A stretch of DNA of 63,515 nucleotides, the filler included, from Octopus bimaculoides (lineage: Eukaryota), in NCBI RefSeq assembly GCF_001194135.2. It is 6 parts of 5 records of this genome, joined end to end, with 100 filler letters (N's around TTAATTAATTAA, not from the genome) between each part and the next. Parts side by side here need not be neighbours in the genome. Positions count along the whole stretch, not along the records: positions 1 to 12,596 come from NC_068982.1; positions 12,697 to 29,637 come from NC_069000.1; 4 more parts are not named here. One strand, 5' to 3'. Made by a program: the position numbers and the translations under genes. The notes under the pieces are model-generated. The model made no database searches. It saw nothing but the letters and a program-made list of their open reading frames with translations, and was not told the origin of the DNA. Positions 1 through 13,822 of this stretch are shown here, one piece after another (positions within the stretch are counted from its first letter, which is position 1; the number at the start of each line of letters is the position of its first letter).

Positions 1-1
1 G

Positions 2-359
2 GAAAAACTTTCAAAATACAAAGACCTGGAAATAGAGATAACTCGAATGTGGAGTCTAAAAATAGAAACAATTCCTATCATAGTAGGTGCCTTAGGTATA
101 ATAAAAAAATATTCAGACAAATACATAACAAAAACACCAGGACTTACAAATATATATAACATACAGAAAATTGCACTACTGGGTACTGCACACATTCTAC
201 GCAAAACACTTTCAATACAGTAAACATAAGAGCACCACAGCAAACCACAGCACATACCCAAGGCGCACAGAGCTGCGCTCGGTAGTGAAGTGAAAGCACG
301 TTATAAAAATAAAACTACTGAACAATAATAATAATAATAATAAAAATAATAATAATAAT
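2..359 (+). mobile_element. 3' end of an R4/Dong-like non-LTR retrotransposon (restriction-like endonuclease C-terminus, 3' UTR, (AAT)n tail)
   Basis: 2-223 reads EKLSKYKDLEIEITRMWSLKIETIPIIVGALGIIKK...IQKIALLGTAHILRKTLSIQ*, the typical C-terminus of RLE-encoding R4/Dong elements. An (AAT)n run follows at ~323-359. Confidence 0.85.
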
Positions 360-1344
360 CCAAGCGTTATTGATAGATGTTTTTAACAAAAGTCTCAACT
401 GTTATCGCAACCGCATATCTATTTATTTTCAATTCCTTGTCTGCAGGCCAACTGGCTTCTTTACAAACTTGAATATCATATAATCAGTGGTAGCATAACA
501 TACTTTATGATTTTCATCTTAATTATATATGACCTCTGAGTAAGCTAATTGATCAAGTCTTGCCAAGCTGGAGATAATTATTACGGAAATAAGAATTTTT
601 TTATTTGTTTTTATACAAGCCTTAAAAAAAGCCAATGATTATTATTAATACCTCTATTTTGTATTTTATACAGAAATGAAGTGAAGTAGTATAACTATGA
701 TAAAAGTTAGTCGTGAGGTATAAAACTTAGTAACTTAGAACATGAATTTGATGTGTGTCCTCACTTATATTTATAGATAAACATTTGGAAATAATTATCG
801 AAATCTGTTTTCTTAAAAATAAAGAAGAAAAAAGTATTATGCTGTTTCACTTTCCCTACAAAAAACATTTTACAATTTATCTCCATCTATCGACTATAAC
901 TAGCGCATTTTTTTCTAAAAGTTATTTAGTCAGAAAAGAGAAGACGTCACACCTTTAGCTCTTTGACTCCTCCGAAGCTGGTGTGATGGATGAAAAGAAG
1001 AACTCTTCCGCAAACCGGAAACCAAACCTGAATTCTTGCAACTGAGTGAATTGCAGTAAAGGCACCCAAGGGCCAAGTGGTGATATCAAACCGAGAATTC
1101 ATATGGTAAAACTACAAACTGCATGATGACGAATGTGTGACATGTCCCATTCCTTCACCAGCGTCTTAAGTTAATCATCAATCAGGGTATCCTTGTTCTT
1201 CTTTATAAATATATTATGTATAGTTTTGTCAGAATCTGTGTACTCAGTATGATATTGCATATATCAATATCATTTTCTCTTTCTCACATACATTTTCCTT
1301 TTTCTTCCTCCGTCTCTCCCTCTCCCTCTCCCTCTCTCATATAT

Positions 1345-1409
1345 ATATATACATACACACACACACATATATACATGTATGTATGTATGTATGTATGTAT
1401 GTATGTATG

Positions 1410-1473
<64 letters not shown>
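1345..1473. repeat. Compound microsatellite (CA)n/(TATG)n/(TA)n
   Basis: Directly visible tandem repeats. Confidence 0.95.
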
Positions 1474-1479
<6 letters not shown>

Positions 1480-1860
1480 GAAGGATGGATTATAAAATGC
1501 TTATGTAAGTCTTGTTACTAACTTGTGCTTAGAGAAGTTAGGTAGTGCAGAGGTAGAAATATGACTATAAGAACGCTCATCATTGAGCGGGTATAGAAGT
1601 AGAAAGACAGATAAGCAATAGCAAGAATAAGGAATATATTTTTACGAAGAGTTGCGCATACAATTTACAGGATGTAATCAAGTATTATCTTTACAACTGT
1701 TTCGGATAATCGATGACTGATACAACCATGCATGTTATGCAAGAAAGTCCAATATTAAAACAATATTGTAGGCATACATAAATGTAAAGGAAAAGTATCA
1801 ACTGGCACGGATTGATTGTGAGAGCTCCGTGTTACACACACACACGCGCGCGTACATATA

Positions 1861-2760
1861 CAGAGTGAACCAAATGTTACGAAGAGTTCTGAAATTTTAT
1901 TAATTTTTTCGCAATTGCATTTTATTGTATTTTCTTTACAGATTTTATAAATAAGACCTTGGAGATTAATCAAGGAAAAATTCAAGCTAACACAAATGGT
2001 GAAATTTTACCATCAAAGCAAAGGATCAATTATTTTGACACAACAAACATATATCGTCGCTATTACGGTGTACGAGATTCTCCGAACGAATCAATGATTA
2101 GACATTTGAATAGTCGTTTGGAGAAACAGGGTTCAGTAAGCGACCTTACGCGAATAGGAAGATCTCACTCGGTTATGAACAAGGCCATAGTTGAGCGTAT
2201 AAGGGAGAATATTACAGAGGATCCCAGCATATCAAGTCGAAAATGATTTTGGCTGGCTGGAGTCTCTCGGACGTCACTCCGGCGTGTTCTTATAACCTTG
2301 AACTTGTTTCGGTGGAAAAGGCAGTTGGTGCAAAAGCTGAAGCTACCAGATTATTTCCACATATTGTAATATGAAGTCGGATTTCAAGAATTAGCAAGAG
2401 AAGATCTCGAATTTATTCACAAGCTAATCATTTCAAATGAAACACAATTTGATTTATATGGCCGCGTCAATAAACAAATCTCCTGGATTTGGAGTTTAAA
2501 AAATCCTAGGGAAATTCACTAAAGAAAATTACACCTTACTTAGCATACGGTTTGGTGTGGGGATGACAACTTAAGAAGAGACTGGACTTTACTTTTTTCG
2601 AAGCTCACATTAGGAACCCCGTCACTGTTACAGGAGATGAGTATCAGTCAAAGAGTCGATTGTTTGTATACTCTAACCAGCGACGGGACACGCCCTTCTC
2701 AGTGATGTAATATAATTTCTCAGAGATATATTTTCATCGACTGTGTTGTAAATAGGTGCC
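1861..2760 (+). mobile_element. Degenerate Tc1/mariner-superfamily transposon (HTH plus DDD domain resembling DD41D/rosa-like families)
   Basis: TA then CAGAGTGAACCAAATGTTAC terminus at 1861. Broken ORF with YRRYYGVRDSPNESMIRHL..GSVSDLTRIGR..EDPSISSR, IISNETQFDLYGRVNKQ..W..NP, TVWCG and a QxDG remnant near 2680. Stops and frameshifts throughout; right TIR not found. Confidence 0.75.
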
Positions 2761-3000
2761 ATGATGAGTAATTTCTTAGCTTGAAATGCTGGGTTCAAAC
2801 TATCCCAAGGGTTAAAGGAAGAGAAATAAATAGCACAAAACAACCTTGATTAAATGTCTAAATTGAATGCCTACCCACTGGGCAATTGTCGCATGAACAT
2901 ATACTTCTAACGCAAATAAGAATGTTATTACCTTTAATTGAGAAATGAATGTTCTTCGAATAGAAAATAAAACAAAATTTTGTACACAACTAGGAATAAG

Positions 3001-3044
3001 ACACCTGATGATGTTCGGAGGTCAAACTGATCGAAAAGTAGAGT
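3001..3044 (+). ncRNA. Degenerate minimal hammerhead-ribozyme-like motif
   Basis: CTGATGA (3005-3011), extra T, stem II GTTCGG/CTGATC (5 of 6 pairs), GAAA (3033-3036), stem I 3 of 4 pairs. Stem III is mutated. Confidence 0.3.
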
Positions 3045-5419
3045 AAATATAGATATTGCAAATATACTCTCTAAAGTGAGGTTAATTGTCTGGAAAATGA
3101 TCGTCTTGTTACTACATATAGTAATATTATATTAGGTACAAAAACCAGTGCCAAGACGATTCTTTTCGGAGTAAAGCTATCAATCAATAAATAAATCAAT
3201 CAAATATTTTAATTACAAACAGTTGCAATCCTCATCAATTACAGTAAGAAAATCAATAAATTACTTTGAATGGTGTTCAACTTTCTTGTTCTCTGTCCTC
3301 TTCTTCCTCTTTATCCTCCACCTCCTTATCAGAATCAGTATCACTAGCGGTTGCACTACCGTAAATTATGAAAGGAACAAAACAAAAGCAAAAACAAAAC
3401 AAAAGAAAAAAAGAAAAAAGAAAAAAGAAAACAAAAACGAGAAAAATACAAAAAACGAGAAAGTGCTTTGCAGCAGTGTATCAGAATATCGTTTTGTTTT
3501 CCCTCAAAGTCCAAGTAGTTGAAATGAGAAATCAGATAAAATTTCTAATCATCACTAGTTCTTCAAGGACTGTGCGGTCAAGTCTTTGCCACACTTAATT
3601 TTACACGCTCCACCCATTCCTTAGTATTTTTTATCTGAAATGATTGTCTGTATCCAAAAGAAAGTGATCGTGCAGTTGTTAGAATTTGGATCTAGCGTCA
3701 TAATAATATAATCTTTTCCGAAAGAACTTCAAAGACATAACAACTTCAAACTTCAACGTATATACTTCGTATCATACTAGTCATGTACTGGAGCTGATTC
3801 AATCCATTATACACTTGCCCAACAGTTTTGTGGGCATGTATTAATGTGACAAATCAATATTGTATTCTAATTCTGGAAATAATTATGTAACAGTGATTAG
3901 CAGGATCCCCACAGAATCTATTACCATTTTCAAGCAGTAGGCGTGCCACTTGATTCTTTGCCAAATACAGCACAACTAAATTTTCTATCCTTATTTTCTA
4001 AGTGTTCTGCGACACACGCCCACTTTGACAGACTAGTTCTATTCTGTATTAGACCTTTTACACTGATTTAAACTGGTAGAAATCGTATGACTTTCTTTCC
4101 CACCGATCAGAGGTCACTGAATAACTTCTGTTATTACATCTCTAAATGCTCAATTTTTTTAAAACCAACCCCTCAAAATAAGATACTCTACAAAACAGCT
4201 CGGCATATCAAGACATAATAATACCAATCTTTCGGGAGAAATTTGTACAAACTAACCACTCGAACTTCATAAAATACATTCAATTTCCTTCAGAATAATG
4301 TTTTTTTTTTATATATATTGTAATATTTTCTATAAATAGAATTCCTTAGCAATTTGTACTCTTCTGCAGATAACATTATGCATTGTTCTTTGTCAAGAGA
4401 GCATTGCATTCATCCCTATTCTGATACGTTACAGTGGTACATTAAGCTCTATAAGTAGGCATTCTGGAACTAAGTCAAAACAAAACTGAGTTACTTGCAC
4501 ACCATAAAAAAAACAAACAAAAAAAAAAACGAGAAAAACTAAAATGAAAATATTTCCAGTTAACGGTTAAATATATTAATTCTAGTTACAACACTTGACT
4601 GCATCCACGGTTTTAAGCTGATAACAAAGTATTAAATTTAGCGTATGTCTCTAGAGTCATAACTGATACATATCAAATTAAATTATAAGCCATCCACCTC
4701 GGAATTTTGCTTGAGTATTTGTTCTATTATTTCAAATTTTGAAATAACTACTCTTGTGAATACTTAACCAAAGTTTCTCGGCTACATTTAACGCATGTTT
4801 TTCTCCCTTTGAGTATTGCATTGGATTGTTCACTGCTAATGATGAATGTAGAAGAACCATAACTAAAGGTATGAATATGAGCCAAGGAATGAATCTCTAT
4901 GTAGTGGCCTGACCTACTAGATGTAACAGCCACATCTCCCCCACTTTCTTAAAAAAAGTTGATCAACACATTGCATAGTGTAGCTTTGAACATCTTTCTT
5001 TTATAGTTCTGTTCAAGGAAGATTGAACTGAGGCTGAACAATAGCATCAACAGCAACTTCTACATATCGGGATGCCAGTGTTGTCCTCAAGTAGGCGGAG
5101 ACATGCTATATCTGGAACAATAGAAATGTAACTTACATTTGTTGCTCGAGCGACTCAGGACAGCACCTGATCATACAGAACTATGGCAACGTTGTTCCAG
5201 ATATGCAGTACTTTTGCCTATTTCAGGGCAACACCTCAAACTGTTCATGCTGTTCCTACTAGAGGCAGGAATATTTTAACTCTCTTTACCGAATTAACCG
5301 AAACACTTTTCTGCGCTTCATTTACCGCTGATGGGATAATGGGTCACTCATCAAAATTCCTTAGAAATCTTCTAATGTAGACAAGGATAATCAAAGGACC
5401 TTTCGCATTGGTTCCAATC

Positions 5420-5637
5420 ATTGCTCGAGAGACTGTTTACATGGTTGCTTGTCTTGCAAGCAGTAACAATAAAATACCCTTTCAAAATACACAGTGCCTC
5501 CTTAAAAAGAAAGGATACATTAGATATTAAAGTCTTAGATATTCAATGCTGAAGAGAAGAACTGGCAATCATGACTCGAAGGCCTTTTGATCTTGTATCT
5601 TCTCAGTGAGGGTTGACCTGGGGCTAAACAATAACAG
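5420..5637 (+). mobile_element. SINE-like family E ((AAC)n tail), old copy
   Basis: Matches the in-window repeat ...ctagaaatagcagccaaatctccc...gacctggggctaaacaacaac. Other fragments at about 4890-5040, 6010-6085, 8895-9100, 17090-17210, 17370-17490, 17750-17900, 19405-19600, 31020-31130, 36930-37300 and 47905-47975. Confidence 0.65.
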
Positions 5638-6264
5638 TATACAATGGTTTATCGCATGAAGTGTAGTATAGCAGTCTGAACATGTTGTAATTTCTCCAAT
5701 GTCCAGTCAATTCTATATCCTATACATCATGTCTCTACTAGTTATTGATTGTTATAATTCTAAACATTTTCTCTCTCCTCTGTCCATAAACCTTGTACAA
5801 GTGCAACTATTTTCTATTTTCGTATAATTTTTTGGAAAGAATTCAAAACACGTGTTGAAGCGACTTATTAAATTCTGTTTCCAGTTTATAAGCCGTTGAT
5901 AGGACGGCTGTGTTATTATGCCTCTTTACACGTCCCACGCACACTTGATACAGAAACCACGTCTTTCATAATCTTGTATAGCATGTCATATAAAGGATTT
6001 ATTGTTGTCGATGTTGTTGTTTAGCCACAGGTCAGCTCTGAGAAAGCAGACTTGTGATTAAAGGTGATTCAGCTGCCGTGTCATTTTTGTTTTTTTCTTT
6101 TTTTTTTCTTTTTCTTTTGGAGTGTATCTAAGACTACGTTTTCCTAAATGCTCTTGCTTTGTGTAAAACGCTGGAGCGGAGTTAGAGAAAGATGTGGTTG
6201 GTATTTCTAGCTGATCAGTAGACGACGTCGAGGCTCCTTTGCCGGGTCGATATGTATGTTTGAT

Positions 6265-6380
6265 ATGTGTGTGTGTGTGTGTGTGTGTGTGCGTGCGCAC
6301 GCGCGTAAGACTGTCTGTCTGTCTATATCTCCCTCCCTTTCTCTCTCTCTCTCTCTCACTCTCTCTCTCACTCTCTCTCT

Positions 6381-6472
<92 letters not shown>
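6265..6472. repeat. Compound microsatellite (TG)n/(CT)n/(TA)n
   Basis: Directly visible tandem repeats. Confidence 0.95.
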
Positions 6473-6475
<3 letters not shown>

Positions 6476-6715
6476 TGTTATATTTTAATTGTCACGTTTA
6501 GGACTGTCCAGTACAGCTAATTAATTATAATTAGTTTACACTTACAGTTGAGTATGAAAAAAAACAAGCACTGTTAATGAGTCAGTAATTTGTTTAATTG
6601 ATTATTTAACATATGATGTTGGTTGGCAGGGGTATGGTGGTTCGAATCCTCTCAGAATGACTGTTGCTTTTCCGTGACCTAACAAAAGGAGAGAGAGAGA
6701 GAGAGAAAGAAAGAA

Positions 6716-6769
<54 letters not shown>

Positions 6770-6859
6770 CATTAATGAATCTGCATTATAGACCGAGATT
6801 TTCTCTTTATTTTACACCTCACATCCATAAATTCATCTAATACCATAAAGCGATGGATA

Positions 6860-6921
<62 letters not shown>
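6860..6921. repeat. (ACT)n microsatellite followed by a degenerate (GGT/GAT)n tract
   Basis: Directly visible tandem repeats. Confidence 0.95.
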
Positions 6922-7521
6922 CTGTGACGCAGTTGCTATACGTACTGCTGATAACTATGATAAAGATATTGATGTTGCTGAAGAGGAGGTTAGTAGTATT
7001 GATAACGGTGGTAGTGGTGGTGGTGGTGGTGGTGGTGGTAATGGATGTGGTAGTGAGGTGGTAGCTGTCGTGGCGACAGTAGTGATGGTGATGATAGTGG
7101 TTTTGTTGGTGGTGTAGCTACATATAGAAAGTATATAACACATACATACACTTCAACAAACATACATGTACTCATAATACATACACACACATATACTTAT
7201 ATATATATATATATATNNNNNNNNNNNNNNNNNNNNNNNNNNNNNNNNNNNNNNNNNNNNNNNNNNNNNNNNNNNNNNNNNNNNNNNNNNNNNNNNNNNN
7301 NNNNNNNNNNNNNNNNNNNNNNNNNNNNNNNNNNNNNNNNNNNNNNNNNNNNNNNNNNNNNNNNNNNNNNNNNNNNNNNNNNNNNNNNNNNNNNNNNNNN
7401 NNNNNNNNNNNNNNNNNNNNNNNNNNNNNNNNNNNNNNNNNNNNNNNNNNNNNNNNNNNNNNNNNNNNNNNNNNNNNNNNNNNNNNNNNNNNNNNNNNNN
7501 NNNNNNNNNNNNNNNNNNNNN

Positions 7522-7583
<62 letters not shown>

Positions 7584-7723
7584 ACGCGCATACACAGCTC
7601 CACCGAATCAATACATCAATATTATATAAATAGCTTTGGACATATAAAACACGCATAATACGTAGAGTAATTGCATACACAACTCATTGTCTTCATTACA
7701 GATTTACCCATACACCCAACCAA

Positions 7724-7769
<46 letters not shown>

Positions 7770-8122
7770 CCCACTCACACACATTCATAGACGTCGAACA
7801 AACAGAGCTAAACAAGGAATCCTAAAACAAAGCACATATATATATGCATGACTATGTATATGTATATCTATCTATATCTATCTATACGTCTTGTATCTGT
7901 GTGGGTAGTAACCAAAGGTGCAAACCAGTTTAGTATATATATATATACATACATTGCATTGAACATAGTTTTACGTCTATATTGAGTAAATTTGTTTCTG
8001 TATAGTAAGACAAGCGAAAACAATGCACACACAAATACACACGTTTTAATACATATGTACAGACACATATGCAAAGAGATGTAATTATGCATATGCGAAT
8101 ACATGTACACACACACACACGC

Positions 8123-8157
<35 letters not shown>

Positions 8158-8264
8158 AAATACACACACACATAGACATACACATACACACACATATACA
8201 CACATACACACATATATACACACACAGACACACACATATATATACGTATATATATGTGTGTGTT

Positions 8265-8337
<73 letters not shown>

Positions 8338-9339
8338 AGAGGTGGGTGAAAGCAATGTGAAAAAGTTGTATGTTCGGAACATAGCTAGATATAGATGGAT
8401 ATGGCTTGCCAATTGGCAAAGTATTTATAGAAAATGCCAATAAGAAAGTCTTCATTACCACCATCCTACTCAACGATTATTAAGAGTCCAATACTATTAG
8501 CAATATTAGTTCTACGCTACTAGTACTGCCAGTTCTATAGTACCTGTAACTCCAGTTCCATACACTTCCATTAACACGTCTCGAACTTCACCACTACTTT
8601 CACTATCGCCATCATTATCATCACTAACTGAACCACTACGAACCTCTATCACCCACCCCACCCCACCTCTACCATAATCCTCATCGTCGTGCTGATGGTG
8701 ATTGTGATGATGATGATAGCGGTGATGATGATGATGATGATGGTAAGGGTTATTATAATAATGATTGTTGTGGCGGTGTTCATGGTTGTGATGATGGACG
8801 ACGACGACAAGAATAATGATGGTAATGATGATGATGGTGACGATGATTATGATGATGATGATGAGAATTATTGTGCGATGTTAATCGTATTGTTTATCCC
8901 TAGGACGACCCTAATTGACTAGATGCATGATCAAAAGCATTCCAACCATGGTCCATGGCTGTCTATTTTTCAGACAATGTTTTTAGAACTAGTGTCCAAT
9001 ACGTCCTTATTTCAAAATGGATGGTAGAATTTGACTTGAGAGAGATTTGGCTGCTATTATTAGCATGTTGGATAACCACATAGAAGTTCTTTTATAGGCT
9101 CTTGAGGTGCAGTGTGGCTGTGGGGACATGCTATATTTATCTCACAGTCTAGTTCAGTTTTTAATTTGTTTACTTAAATTTTAGCATAAAGAGTAAAGAA
9201 TGATGCGTCCAACCCGTCACTATAAATGGATTGTCCTCTGAACTATATTCGCAAATGTATGTGCACATGTTCTAGAGTGGCCAAAAGATGTTGGTTGCGG
9301 ATTGCATTATATTATGTATGCATTATGTTACGTTTTTAT

Positions 9340-9555
9340 GCAGCGAGCTGGCAGAAACGTTAGTACGCCGGATGAAATGCTAAGCGGTATTTCGTCCGTC
9401 TTTACGTTCTGGGTTCAAATTCCACCGAGGTCGACTTTGCCTTTCATCCTTTCGGGATCGATAAATTAAATACCAGTTGCATACTGAGGTCGATCTAATC
9501 GACTGGCCCCCCCCCTTCAAATTTCGAGCTTTGTGCTTAGAGTAGAAAAGATTAT
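9340..9555 (+). mobile_element. SINE family A (tRNA-like head; core ctttgcctttcatcctttcggggtcgataaaataagtacc)
   Basis: Head gcgagctggcagaaacgttag...gggttcaaattcc with a B-box-like motif. More than 15 related copies occur in the window. Confidence 0.9.
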
Positions 9556-9666
9556 GTAACGTTTGAACGGCACAAATCCTATTTACGCAGTTTGGTACAT
9601 GCGTATATACACGTGTGTGTGTGTGTGTGTGTGTGTATACAGAGCGAGAATGAGAGAAAAAAGAGT

Positions 9667-9709
<43 letters not shown>

Positions 9710-10230
9710 CTTTGGGTGCACAGGTATGCTTGTACAAAGATATATTGGTATATGCTGTACTGTCTTAAGGCATACGCAATTTTGGACAGTTACTCGAGGA
9801 TCTCACGATTTTAGAGGCCCATTCGTGATATATATATTTGCTATGATTTACTGTCAATATGTAACTGCTAAAGACCCTAGAACAATGATCTATAAGTCTG
9901 CTAAGACGGCCCTGGGTAACTATATACCTCTGAATATTTGTACATTGCTCTGTTTGTAAATGGGTGTATGACTAGTTGGGTACCTCTGCACACAGGCATA
10001 TGAGTACATGCCTGCATATTTGTTTACCTTCCAATATACACCATGCTTACGGGTGTGTATTACGTGTATACTTATACATACACGTACATGTATTAACGAC
10101 AATAAATGGATCTCCATCGGTTTCGATGATGAATATTCTGTTAATCGATCAACTGAACTACCTCTTTATTGAGCATTCCACAGAGACGTGTTAATGACTT
10201 AGTACTCCACTGACCCGTGTATCCTCGACT

Positions 10231-10449
10231 AACGAGAATGTGCTGAAAAGTTTCTGGCTTTAAGCGTATCGTGAAAAATCATGTTGGAGGCCTAATCTTC
10301 CGAGTTCTTTTACAGGGCTTAAAAAACTGAAGGACTGCTGCAATAAGCGTGTGAATCTGAGAGGGTAATATGTTGAATAGAATCATAATTAACTGATTCT
10401 CCTGTATTTTCTTTTACCTAAGCCAGGAGCTTTTCGGTACCCACACGTA
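10231..10449 (+). mobile_element. Internally deleted mariner derivative (MITE-like)
   Basis: Imperfect TIRs acgagaatgtgctgaaaagtttctggctt / aagccaggagcttttcggtacccacacgt. The interior retains the transposase C-terminus (QGLKKLKD..NK.VNLRG.YVE*). A second partial copy lies at 56150-56310. Confidence 0.8.
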
Positions 10450-11782
10450 ATTCCCAAGAAGAATCAGCGGGATAGAGTGTGCGACAAATCTGGGTCTTTG
10501 AATTAAGGGAACAATCCATGAAACGAGCTTCCACACAGTTTCCGTCTACTTAACTTCATTCAAAAAGTTAGTTCAATCTGGGGATACTATAAATAGCACT
10601 TGTTCAAGTTGTTACGCAATGAGTGCAGAATTGCAACTACCAGCCATATATAGTATGAGTCACTCCCCATATTGCATTTACTCCGTTTATGAATTACGGA
10701 TGAGCGGAAGATAAATCTTTCCCTAAAAATTTTTTAGTAACTACAACTAAAATGCATACCACTATTCTATTGTCGTCAATGATACTAATAATACTTTATT
10801 ATAGCGACACGTGGCTTCACATTAACAGGTGAAAGTGGGATATACTTAATCCAACCAACACCATATATACCAATATACTGATACTTATTTTATCAGGTTC
10901 GGAAGCTATATCGATACGCCAGCGGAATTTGAACTAAAGACGTACAGGGACGTAGTTAAATACTGTTATATTGTTCGCTGCTCTCATCCAGCCTCTCGTA
11001 GAATTAAAATTCATATCCTTTAGGGGGTGATGGATGGCAGAATCGATAGAGTGACACAGACTAAAAATCCTTCATTTTCCCTTTTCTATTACCGCTTTTA
11101 ATGAGGTTTGTTAGTTTTTATTTTAGAGAGGGTGTATGAATGAGTGAATAAGTGTGTCTGTGTGAATGTGTGCACGTGCGTGAATGAATGTTCGTGCATG
11201 TGTATACGAGTGAATATGTGTGTGTGAGTGAATGTGTATGCGTTAGTGTTATATTCGCATAGATAGTATTAATATGATAACAGAGTAATTGCAACCGGTG
11301 TGTCACTTTACTTATGATTAGGTGAAGACTTTGGCTCTTCTAAACCATGCTAGCATATTACATGTTAGCATAAAGCGGCAGTCGATTAAATTTCCCCAGT
11401 ACTTTGTTATAACGACTTCTGAATGATGAGAGACAAAGTTACCATAGGGGAATTTGAACTCAGTATGTAAAGAGCCAGAACAAATACTATATTCTCTGAC
11501 AAGGAAAAAGAATCCATAATGCTAGATTCTTCATTTCCTACTTTAACTGAACCGAACTCTTTGGACTAAGTCTCCTTTCCAATCCTCCATGTAGAATGTA
11601 AAGTAGACGATTGTACAAAAGTATCGAAACCTGTATGTCAGTTCCCAAGGAGAAATCGACAGGCCTTGTCCTACCAGTTTCGAAACTTTTGTGCAATCAT
11701 CGGACACTTTGCATTAAAAAAAAATGTGCGTGTGTGTGTGTGTGTGTATGTGAGTATATATACATATACATACATACATACA

Positions 11783-11819
<37 letters not shown>

Positions 11820-12310
11820 GACTTACTTGCTGATGTATGAGTAGTGACTAATTGATCTATGTATAAAATGGACCTGATGCAGTGAAGAATATGAATGTAA
11901 GGTTAACTTTAACAAAGGTCATATATAGAAATCTAGAAATCTCATAAACATGTCAAATATGTGGTGCCACGCAGAGCACAACTTTCTCTGAGTAATCATC
12001 TAAAATCATTTTCCAAAATGTATGTATGCAATCTCATACATACATTCTCATACTATAATTTAACAGTATTATTAACGTGTGTTACTTAGTACATAAATGT
12101 ACTTTATTATACAACTTCTGCAATAGAATGACCCCAAGATTATACAAATCAAAATTATAAGTTAAATAGGAAATATATAAAAATCAGGATAAATTGCGAA
12201 ATGGAAACATATGGGCGAATATTCCATCTCTGTATGTAAATTGTATACGTGTATGTCTGTATGTATTATGTATGTAGGTGTGTGTGTACGTGTGCGTGTG
12301 TATGTATGTG

Positions 12311-12341
<31 letters not shown>

Positions 12342-12533
12342 TAGGTATGCGCGTATGCGTGTGTCTATGCTTTCTTTGTGATTTAGTGAAATTCAAATCA
12401 GAAAGAAAAAAGAAAAGAGAGAACCAAAGAAAGAAACAAAAATAGAGAAAGAAAATAACGAACGTACATAGCGAAATATTTTCCTTCTTACACCAAACAA
12501 ATAACAAATAGACATCTACGTAGGTAGTGGATG

Positions 12534-12596
<63 letters not shown>

Positions 12597-12696
12597 NNNN
12601 NNNNNNNNNNNNNNNNNNNNNNNNNNNNNNNNNNNNNNNNTTAATTAATTAANNNNNNNNNNNNNNNNNNNNNNNNNNNNNNNNNNNNNNNNNNNN
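12597..12696. other. Assembly scaffold join 44N-TTAATTAATTAA-44N (also at 29682, 39874, 46465 and 61159)
   Basis: Identical palindromic six-frame-stop 12-mer centred in 100-bp N gaps. Confidence 0.95.
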
Positions 12697-13579
12697 ATAT
12701 ATATATTCATATCTATATGCATTCATATGTGCAATATCTATATCTCAAAGAACGTATAACTACTATTTATTGTTAAAATATATGTTCATATCTGTCTAAT
12801 CTCCATTAAATTCTATATTAAAAAAAGAAACTGAATTTATTATTCAATGACATACACACACACACGTGTAAAACATACATACACACACATGTATGCGTGA
12901 CACACACACATATATATACATACATACATACATACACATATGTTCGTCGTTATGTGTTGATTTCTTTTCTCTTCTCTTTTCTTCATCGAAATTCCACTAC
13001 AAAATTTCTGTCTCACTCACTCCCACCCAGTAAAGCTAGATCGTTATCGGGTGGATGTACCCCAAACTGTGTGCTTCAACGTAGTATGGACATTTCAATG
13101 ACGGTCACCGAACGATGTTGGCTTTACCACACACACACACACACACACACACAGCACAATGTCATACACAACAGAATACAATAAAAATTGGGCAGACATG
13201 GAATGATTTCTAGAAACCTACAAAATAAAAATATTCCATGCATTTTTTTCATTTTCTCTCTTCTCTTCTGTCTCTCTTTCTCTTTGTGTGTGTGTGTGTG
13301 AGTAATCGCGTATAAATAGGTATATATATAATTATCTGTCTATTTAACAACCTAACAATCTGTGAATTGTCTGCATGTGTATATATCTATATATATATAT
13401 ATATATATGTATACAGCTAACTGCCATTTTATCTATCAATCAATCAATCTCTGTCAATACACATGTACATGTGTGTGTATACATACATACATACATACAT
13501 ACATACGTAGACACATCTCACAGCAATTCGATCTATCAATCAATGTGTCAATCTCTTTCTCTCTCTCTCTCTCTCTTTA

Positions 13580-13588
13580 TCTATCCGC

Positions 13589-13622
<34 letters not shown>

Positions 13623-13623
13623 G

Positions 13624-13658
<35 letters not shown>

Positions 13659-13690
13659 GTCTGTCTGTCTGTCTATCATCTGTCTGTCTC
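13580..13690. repeat. (CTAT)n/(CTGT)n microsatellite
   Basis: Directly visible tandem repeats. Confidence 0.95.
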
Positions 13691-13789
13691 TCCTACCTCG
13701 GGGCACCTTCAATGGTCCGAGAAATACTTTCGCTCCGCTTCACCCTAATTAATTGTAGAGACGAAAAACACCTTCCGTCGTCGTCGTCG

Positions 13790-13822
<33 letters not shown>

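Noticed and set aside
1120-1170. Minus-strand gacg-CTGGTGA...cgtc resembling a hammerhead in a Penelope-type terminus
   Set aside because: GAAA is absent and stem II is poor; too degenerate to support.
3560-4300. Possible old retroelement (GIY-YIG-like VAEHL on the minus strand)
   Set aside because: Only one short motif among many stops; cannot be assigned.
6620-6690. GGTTCGAATCC B-box suggesting a tRNA gene
   Set aside because: No cloverleaf; it looks like a decayed SINE head. The same applies to the tRNA-like heads of families A, B and F.
7153-8473. Long ORFs rich in YI, VC, HT and SL dipeptides here and throughout the ORF track
   Set aside because: They are translations of dinucleotide microsatellites or N runs, not genes.
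12641-12652. TTAATTAATTAA palindrome repeated five times (12641, 29682, 39874, 46465, 61159)
   Set aside because: Always centred in exactly 44N+12+44N. It is an artificial six-frame-stop scaffold linker, not biology.
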